NCBI GenBank assembly: GCA_937888735.1
Contig: CALASN010000080.1
Location: forward strand, 1-53,281
Direction: 5' to 3'
DNA: 53,281 nucleotides
Origin: an uncultured Bacillota bacterium
GTDB taxonomy: Bacteria; Bacillota; DTU084
This document shows, in pieces, positions 47,884 through 53,281 of the stretch. The translations under genes were made by a program, and so were the position numbers. Below the pieces are notes generated by a model. The model ran no database searches, had not been told where the DNA came from, and saw only the letters and a list, made by a program, of their open reading frames with translations. Each line of letters begins with the position of its first letter. Within the stretch, counting starts at the first letter, position 1.

Positions 47884-48435
47884 TTATTTGGTCAGCCAAA
47901 ATCGCTGAAGACTTGTCCTGCTTGGAAACAACATCGGAACCGTCTGTCTGTAGCGAGAATACCCGCGGAATAATTGCGGGAATAGCCAGCGATCTTGCAG
48001 CACAATATAAAAAAAATTAGCTAGAATCCAGAAAAATCCGCCTTTGAGCAACAAGGCGGACTCAGTAGCCAGGAATAAACCGGCCAGCAAAAACGTATGA
48101 CCCCAAAAACCGGGATGCCGTGAAAATGCATATGGACCTGCGGTGGTTAACGTAAGCTCTCCGTCCGCTTTGTACGTGCTGGCTAATGGTTTATAAAGAA
48201 ATAAACAATAACAGAGCCATGCCGCGCCGCTGCCGAACAGCAGCCAGCCTAGAGCTCCGCACCAAAGCGGCAGCACTATTTTCCCTGCTGCGCAAGCGGC
48301 GGCCGCAATCGCAACGGTATGAATCCCGTATCCCAAAACTGCCAGCGCGCTCCGCTTTGGCAGTTGTCTCAGAGAGGCGAGATCGTACAACAAAAGCATG
48401 AATAAGCCAACGATACCCAAAATCACCATATGCAT
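47884..48435 (-). CDS. membrane methyltransferase-family protein (ICMT/PEMT-like)
   Basis: Five predicted TM helices and C-terminal LTTAGPYAFSRHPGFWGHTFLLAGL...VLQDRWL...YSRYRQTVPMLFP, resembling isoprenylcysteine carboxyl / phospholipid methyltransferases. Confidence 0.65.
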   Translation of the reverse strand: MHMVILGIVGLFMLLLYDLASLRQLPKRSALAVLGYGIHTVAIAAAACAAGKIVLPLWCGALGWLLFGSGAAWLCYCLFLYKPLASTYKADGELTLTTAGPYAFSRHPGFWGHTFLLAGLFLATESALLLKGGFFWILANFFYIVLQDRWLFPQLFRGYSRYRQTVPMLFPSRTSLQRFWLTK

Positions 48436-49040
48436 ACTAATTAGATTCGTTAAGTTCTGACTTTTTCCTGCTGACAGTAAATTTATTTGAGCTCCGATTC
48501 TGCGGCAGAAAGTCCATCTGGGAAGATAAATTTAGTTAAAGCCGGCTTGAACGCTAATATTCATTGCGGGAAGCAGGAATTGCCCCTTAGAAGACTAATT
48601 ATTATACTAGACAGAGCATCTACACCGACGTATAGTTAAAAACCTGAATTCTCGGATTGTTATATCAAAATAATGTTAGCGGACGGCAGTTTGCCGGAAC
48701 GATCTATTTTTGGCAATCCTCGGCCGCGCGCCCGTAAGGACCCCTATCTTTATGAGAACAGTGAGGACCGCTTTGCCAGACGGCGTACGTAAGCTACGAT
48801 ATTTCGCCGCACTGTGCCGGGAGCGTCAAAGATGTTACGCCGCGGGTCTGGTTCAGGGAAGGACTCAAACTTTACCGCGTGCATTATGTTTCGGACTGAG
48901 GTCTTGCTAATGAAAAAGCCGACATCATTTGCAGCTGCGGAAATTCGCACTTCACAAATGCGATTCAGGTTGATTCCAGAAGGCGGAATCTCAAGTCGGG
49001 AAATGACCCCTCTGCCGGAAATGAAAGGAGAGCGCCTGAA

Positions 49041-49550
49041 ATGGATCAAATCATCGCCTATCTTAACAAATGGAAAACGCGGGAAAAAACCGCAGACAGA
49101 GTTCAATTTATGATGGACACCTACATACAGGTGAGACGTGGACTCCCAAAATGGCGCTTCACAGAAGGCAGACAACGCCTAGGTTCCTGGGATCCCATGT
49201 ACTGTGCCTTCGCCGCTACCCCTTTCCCCGGCGACGATTGGTTCATCTTACGACTAGTCAAAGAAGACAAGTCATTCGCCGTCGGTTTTTGTCCTGACTA
49301 TGGCGACCAAGGTCCCAACGGGAAAAAGACTCATCCCGCCACAGCCAGGCGAAGCGAGATTAGAAAAGAGTTGCTTAAAATCGAAGATTTTCCTTTGGAA
49401 GTATCCAAACCTGAAATTCCCAAAAGAAAAATCCACGCTTTCAAAGGCTTTGAGCGCAAACTGCCCCCAATGCGGTCACCCGAAGAACTTGCCGAACTAT
49501 TTATCCGCACGGTTCTAGAATGGGAAAAGCTTTTCAAACCCTTAGTATAG
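49041..49550 (+). CDS. hypothetical protein (169 aa), no family recognised
   Basis: AAAGGAGAG lies 8 nt upstream of the ATG and the amino-acid composition looks protein-like (WFILRLVKEDKSFAVGFCPDYG...). A competing antisense ORF, 48750-49175, is Arg/Phe-rich and less plausible. Confidence 0.45.
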   Translation: MDQIIAYLNKWKTREKTADRVQFMMDTYIQVRRGLPKWRFTEGRQRLGSWDPMYCAFAATPFPGDDWFILRLVKEDKSFAVGFCPDYGDQGPNGKKTHPATARRSEIRKELLKIEDFPLEVSKPEIPKRKIHAFKGFERKLPPMRSPEELAELFIRTVLEWEKLFKPLV

Positions 49551-49613
49551 AGCTTGCCCGTCTTTCATGGACCCTTTCTTTGAATTTATCTTATTGTCAA
49601 TGCTAATTCAGAG

Positions 49614-50633
49614 CTATGCCGCAAACTGGACATTGCTCTTCCTTTTCAGCCATAGCTGACCCGCAGCCGAGACAGAGCCAGCTTCTCTCTCCTTCCTGCA
49701 GCTCCAGCTGATCGGAATGCGGCAGTCTGACCGCTTTGCCGTCGCTTTAGTCGCCTGATAGAAGATCATGTTTCGCTCCAGTTCGCATTTGTCGAGTACG
49801 AAGCAGCGTCCGGCTTTGGCAAGCCGAACGCGAGCGCCAGGCTGAAAGCCGCGGACTAAATTACGCGGTTGGACCTCTTCCGGTTCGTCAAGCGCCTCCG
49901 ACTCTGAAAGCGGCAGCTGGGTCGAAACCAAGCCTTTGTTTTCCCTGTGCCGCCAAATGGCCAATGTTTCTTGGCGCTGCGGCTCCCGGCTCAAGATAAC
50001 GATCGTAGATTCCCTCCGATACCCCAATGCCGCCGCTGACCGAATAGTAAAAGTAAATTCTGGACGAGACGCCGGATTTTCCTCACCAGATAGCTCTTGC
50101 CATGATGCAAATTGATAGCCTCGGGACAAGCTTCTCGCATCAACTGGCTGTTGCTGAGCTGTCCTAACTCTCGCTCCGGCAGCTCCAAAGTATATGTGGG
50201 ATCGTCAATTCCCCTCAGCGAGACGCAGCTGCGAGGCTCAGGTTGATTAGAAAGAGGATTTGATCGTCTTGCCGCGCTTGCTGCACTTGACCGCCGCCGC
50301 ACCTTTTTTTTTGCAGCAACAGGGCCTTTTGCGGCTCTTTCTCCGACTTATACTCCAAAACGGAGAGGTGCTCGGCGTTGCTCTTGCGCTGTTCTCGCTC
50401 AAAGCCCCGGACGCCCGCCGCCTGCATGTATTCAAAAATCGGTCTTGCAGCAGCGAATCCGAGCTCGCGAGGATGGGCTTGCCGTCCTCCCGGTAAAGCG
50501 GGCGGCCCTGCTCATCCAGAGCTGGACCGACCACTTCTTGCTGTGGCTGACCTGATGGATGACCTCCTTTTAACTTTCCGACCAGCACCTTGTCCTTGCA
50601 TCGCTTTGACCAACGATTTCCTTGCTTCATCAC
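49614..50633 (-). pseudogene. Mob/Pre (MobV-type) relaxase remnant, N-terminally truncated and multiply frameshifted
   Basis: Joining two frames across a T-run gives LLQDRFFEYMQAAGVRGFEREQRKSNAEHLSVLEYK, resembling the conserved LQD.F.EYM..G...ER....H....EYK block of Mob_Pre proteins. Three further frame changes follow. The extreme 3-prime end encodes CLGCG...CPVCG in a different frame. Confidence 0.45.
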
Positions 50634-50697
50634 AGCAGAAGGGCCGTCCGTTTCGGGACGGCCCTTCTGGATTGGAAAGACGTTGCATTTGTAACGC

Positions 50698-50726
50698 TTG
50701 ATATTTTATCATGATTATGATAAAAT
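50698..50726 (+). promoter_or_regulatory. promoter (-35 TTGATA, 17 nt, -10 TAAAAT) with embedded 9-bp inverted repeat operator ATTTTATCA-N6-TGATAAAAT
   Basis: Read directly from the sequence. The palindrome arms are 50703-50711 and 50718-50726, 25 nt upstream of the antitoxin ATG. Confidence 0.6.
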
Positions 50727-50750
50727 AACGATATCGGAGGTGAGGCGATC

Positions 50751-51029
50751 ATGTCAAAAATTCGACCGATTTCAGACTTGCGAAACAATTTTACGGAAAT
50801 CTCGCGCATTGTCCATGAAGAAAAGGAGCCGGTGTTCCTGACCAAAAACGGCTACGGCGATATGGTTGTCATGAGTTTAGAGCAATACGAGGGCATCCAG
50901 TCAACCAAACGTATCGAGACCGCTTTGCATGAGGCCGAGGCGCAGGCGGAGAGCGACCCCACCCGTTACGACTTTGCCGACGTCTCGCGGGAGCTGCGGA
51001 AAAAGCTGACGGATAAAGTGGGCCGTTAA
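50751..51029 (+). CDS. type II antitoxin, Phd/YefM family
   Basis: MSKIRPISDLRNNFTEISRIVHEEKEPVFLTKNGYGDMVVMSLEQYE. A small toxin ORF follows 1 nt after its stop. Confidence 0.85.
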   Translation: MSKIRPISDLRNNFTEISRIVHEEKEPVFLTKNGYGDMVVMSLEQYEGIQSTKRIETALHEAEAQAESDPTRYDFADVSRELRKKLTDKVGR

Positions 51030-51030
51030 A

Positions 51031-51333
51031 ATGCGGAAGATTGTCATGCTGCCCATTGCGGCGAAAGACCTTGAGGACATCGTGAACTATCTGGCGCAGT
51101 TCTATGAATCGACGGCAGTTCAGCAGTACGACCGCATCGTCGGGAAAATTCAAGAGCTGGCCGAATTCCCCGAAATGTACGAGGCGTATTCCGGCGGGCA
51201 GTTTCACCAGTTCTACCGCCGGATGCCGGTTGACAAATACCTCGTGTTCTATGTGGTACGCGACGATGTGATTGAAATTCACCGCATCCTGCATGGAAGC
51301 CGCGATATTCGCCGGTATCTGGATCAAAGCTGA
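51031..51333 (+). CDS. type II toxin, RelE/ParE family
   Basis: 100 aa with AAKDLEDIVNYL...YRRMPVDKYLVFYVVRDDVIEIHRILHGSRD, a typical ParE/RelE fold signature. Confidence 0.85.
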   Translation: MRKIVMLPIAAKDLEDIVNYLAQFYESTAVQQYDRIVGKIQELAEFPEMYEAYSGGQFHQFYRRMPVDKYLVFYVVRDDVIEIHRILHGSRDIRRYLDQS

Positions 51334-51338
51334 AAATG

Positions 51339-51367
51339 AAAAGGGCTGCCGGTGTGGCAGCCCTTTT
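51339..51367 (+). terminator. hairpin terminator (usable in both directions)
   Basis: AAAAGGGCTGCC-GGTG-TGGCAGCCCTTTT. Confidence 0.7.
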
Positions 51368-51446
51368 CCAATTTCGATTGCTTTTATTGTTCAGGCGTCG
51401 CCGCCGACAATCAAATTCTCCTTGCCCTCAAATACTTCCAACGTCA

Positions 51447-51921
51447 TCAGCGCGCCCAGCCGGTAGCCATAAACGAACCGGCTGACTCGGAGGAAAGCGT
51501 GATCTCGGTTTGGGCATCGGTGAACGCGATGTCAAGTGGGCTCTCCGAGGGGGATCCCACCGCCTGCACGACGGGACGCGCCCCGCGGGGAATGGGAGCG
51601 CCGAACGCCGTTTCCCTGCGTTGCTCCTGTTCCCGCTTGCGCTGCGCGCATTCGTTGTTCTTCGCGCGCCCGCCTTTTCTTTTCCAGATAAAGGCGCTGT
51701 TCCTCAAGCTGTTCGACGGAAAGTTCTTCCGCCGGAAGTTCCGCGTCAAACTGCCCGATGAAGTCGAGGTAAATATCCACCTTTTGGATGCGCTCCCCGG
51801 TGGACTTGTTGGCCTCATGTACCACCACTTTCTCGATAAATTCATTGAGCATGAGCGTGGTCAGTTCGATAAACTCGGTATACCGCTTGAACAATTCGAT
51901 GAGTTTATCCGCCCGAACCAT
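51447..51921 (-). pseudogene. C-terminal fragment of a large serine recombinase (DUF4368 region, TnpX/TndX-like), frameshifted
   Basis: LTTLMLNEFIEKVVVHEANKSTGERIQKVDIYLDFIGQF matches the DUF4368 block at the C-terminus of Tn4451/Tn5397-type recombinases. No resolvase catalytic domain lies upstream. The frame changes near 51700. Confidence 0.6.
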
Positions 51922-52143
51922 GCGTGATCGGTTAAGAATATATACACAATAAAACTATTACTATTATTTTGCAAAACCAACTATCCAAGGCTCTAAGATG
52001 GAGCTGCGATTAATGTTTGGGTCAATAGCTTCAGCAATAAACAAGCCAAACAACGGTTGATATCCGCGGGGATTGATTCCTTGATGTATGAGGACATCTC
52101 TCAAGATGCTATCTGCGGCTACCAGGAAAACTGCATAAGTCGC

Positions 52144-52181
52144 TTGCATTTTGTACATGATAATGCTATAATGATGTACAA
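52144..52181 (+). promoter_or_regulatory. promoter (-35 TTGCAT 52144-49, 17 nt, -10 TATAAT 52167-72) bracketed by 8-bp inverted repeat TTGTACAT ... ATGTACAA
   Basis: Read directly from the sequence. The palindrome arms 52151-52158 and 52174-52181 flank the -10. Confidence 0.6.
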
Positions 52182-52198
52182 AGGAAGGAGGTGGCGAT

Positions 52199-52465
52199 AT
52201 GCCGCAGATCAGACCTATCACAGACCTGAGAAATACAACCGAGATTTCCGAGGCTTGTCACGCGCGGCGTGAACCCCTGTTCATTACCAAAAACGGCTAT
52301 GGCGATCTGGTAGTCATGAGCATAGAATCCTATGAGGAATTGGTAGAGACTGCCGCGACAGACCGTGCAATCGGAGAAGCCGAGGCTGAGTATGCCGCAG
52401 ACGGTAAGCTCTATGACGCAAGAGAGGCGCTTTCTTCATTAAGGAGGAAGCACTTTGGAGGATAA
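52199..52465 (+). CDS. type II antitoxin, Phd/YefM family (second copy)
   Basis: MPQIRPITDLRNTTEISEACHARREPLFITKNGYGDLVVMSIESYE. It looks clearly related by eye to the first antitoxin over the N-terminal 50 aa. Confidence 0.85.
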   Translation: MPQIRPITDLRNTTEISEACHARREPLFITKNGYGDLVVMSIESYEELVETAATDRAIGEAEAEYAADGKLYDAREALSSLRRKHFGG

Positions 52466-52760
52466 GTACAGCGTCAAGCTCATGAGCCGTGCCCTCCATG
52501 ACTTGGACGGTATTTATGCCTATATAGCCAAGACGCTTATGGAACCCGGTACAGCATTAAAACTTGTGGAGACAATCGAATCCGAGATACTCACGCTTGA
52601 AGCCATGCCGTACCGCTGCCCGGAGCGACAGGTCGGGGCGTATGCGAACAAGGGATACAGACAGCTTTTCATCAAAAACTATACCGCAGTTTTCCGCGTA
52701 GATGAAAAGTCCAAGACCGTCATCGTCGTGACCGTCCGCTATTCACCCAGTCAATTCTAA
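52455..52760 (+). CDS. type II toxin, RelE/ParE family (second copy)
   Basis: 101 aa with ALHDLDGIYAYI...YRQLFIKNYTAVFRVDEKSKTVIVVTVRYSPS. It overlaps the antitoxin by 11 nt. Confidence 0.85.
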   Translation: MEDKYSVKLMSRALHDLDGIYAYIAKTLMEPGTALKLVETIESEILTLEAMPYRCPERQVGAYANKGYRQLFIKNYTAVFRVDEKSKTVIVVTVRYSPSQF

Positions 52761-52781
52761 AACAAAATATACCTTGCAGCG

Positions 52782-52811
52782 AAAAGCAGTTCTTTCGGGA
52801 GCTGCTTTTTT
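52782..52811 (+). terminator. weak hairpin terminator
   Basis: AAAAGCAGTTC-loop-GAGCTGCTTTTTT. Confidence 0.45.
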
Positions 52812-52844
52812 GCTGTCTATTGAAGAAAAGGAGAAGAAATCTAT

Positions 52845-53261
52845 ATGATAAAACTTGTAATCAGCGAGAAGCCTTCGGTCGGGATGAGCCTGTCCGTCGT
52901 CCTCGGCGCAGATAAGCGCATGGACGGATATATGGAGGGCAACGGATATATCGTGTCCTGGTGCTTCGGCCATCTGGCAGAGCTTGCCAATGCCGACGCC
53001 TACGATGAGAAATACGCCAAGTGGCGCTATGACGATCTGCCCATCGTCCCGAATCCGTGGAGCGTAAAGATTGCGAGGGACAAGCGCAAGCAGTTCGATA
53101 TTCTCAAAGTCCTTATGAACCGTGCCGACGTTTCCGAAGTCATCAACGCCTGCGACGCCGGACGCGAGGGCGAGCTTATCTTCCGCTATATATATGAGCT
53201 GGCAGGCTGCAATAAGTCCATGAAGCGCCTTCGGCTACATTCATTTACTCACACCTCCTAA
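52845..53261 (+). pseudogene. topB: DNA topoisomerase III, N-terminal Toprim fragment only
   Basis: MIKLVISEKPSVGMSL...VSWCFGHL...ACDAGREGELIFRYIYE is the Toprim domain. After ...MKRL the frame reads RLHSFTHTS-stop instead of the conserved WISS continuation. Confidence 0.75.
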
Positions 53262-53281
53262 GGTTCTGCCCTTCCCAGAAT

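Larger units (their letters stand above)
48436..53281. mobile_element. patchwork of decayed mobilisable/conjugative-transposon genes (Mob/Pre relaxase, DUF4368 serine-recombinase tail, TopB) with intact toxin-antitoxin pairs
   Basis: See the individual features. GC drops relative to the core, there are multiple frameshifted genes, and the region continues past the window end. Confidence 0.5.

Noticed and set aside
48700-49040. Possible structured RNA (group II intron 5-prime end or retron-like ncRNA), suggested by GCGCGCCCGTAAGG and several short hairpins
   Set aside because: There is no GUGYG start, no domain V-like hairpin, no reverse transcriptase ORF and no long inverted repeats. The resemblance is superficial.
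48750-49175. 141-aa minus-strand ORF
   Set aside because: It overlaps the better-supported plus-strand 169-aa ORF, is rich in Arg/Phe/Ser and has no ribosome-binding site.
50639-50668. GC-rich hairpin AGAAGGGCCGTCC-GTTTC-GGGACGGCCCTTCT, considered as a terminator or an oriT
   Set aside because: No T-run follows on either strand, and there is no recognisable nic-site consensus. It is mentioned only as context for the Mob remnant.
51964-52221. 85-aa minus-strand ORF between the recombinase fragment and the second TA promoter
   Set aside because: Its 5-prime third overlaps the plus-strand TA promoter and operator. No ribosome-binding site or family motif is present. It may be a C-terminal scrap of a lost gene but cannot be supported.

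Overview
This is a roughly 57% GC chromosomal window from an endospore-forming Firmicute that looks Clostridia-like. Most of it is conserved core, almost all on the minus strand. From high to low coordinates the core is: a GH2 / FAD-oxidoreductase sugar operon, rsmE, a D-Ala-D-Ala carboxypeptidase, then a long dcw cluster (mraZ-rsmH-ftsL-PBP-murE-murF-mraY-ftsW-murG-murA-ftsQ-DUF881-sbp-ftsZ). The dcw cluster is fused to the sporulation block spoIIGA-sigE-sigG-spoIIR. Below that come ylmC, the RNase P RNA gene, an orphan OmpR-type response regulator, a GH2 beta-mannosidase, gerM-like, mtaB, HIT, rpsU and gltX. hpt-guaA lies on the plus strand. A TetR / GT1 glycosyltransferase pair sits at the left end. 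Two lower-GC accessory patches carry decayed mobile DNA. (1) 32.8-37.2 kb, directly after guaA: prophage portal and terminase fragments, an intact Fic gene with a repeated operator-like box, and a disrupted AAA_14/DUF4143 ATPase. (2) 48.4-53.3 kb: a frameshifted Mob/Pre-type relaxase, a DUF4368 serine-recombinase tail, two intact Phd/YefM-ParE/RelE pairs with palindromic operators, an orphan 169-aa ORF and a truncated topoisomerase III. I found no CRISPR array, tRNA or rRNA. I cannot point to a clear-cut new defence or mobile system. The best candidate for an undescribed system is the tightly packed four-gene operon at 41.7-48.4 kb: ICMT-like membrane methyltransferase, GH3-type adenylating enzyme, 7TM-GAF-GGDEF-HD-GYP protein, and a secreted metallophosphoesterase/beta-propeller. 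Next is the unusual packing of rnpB directly in front of a response-regulator ORF, flanked by two paralogous small proteins. All family calls are motif recognition by eye on the supplied translations. No database search was run.
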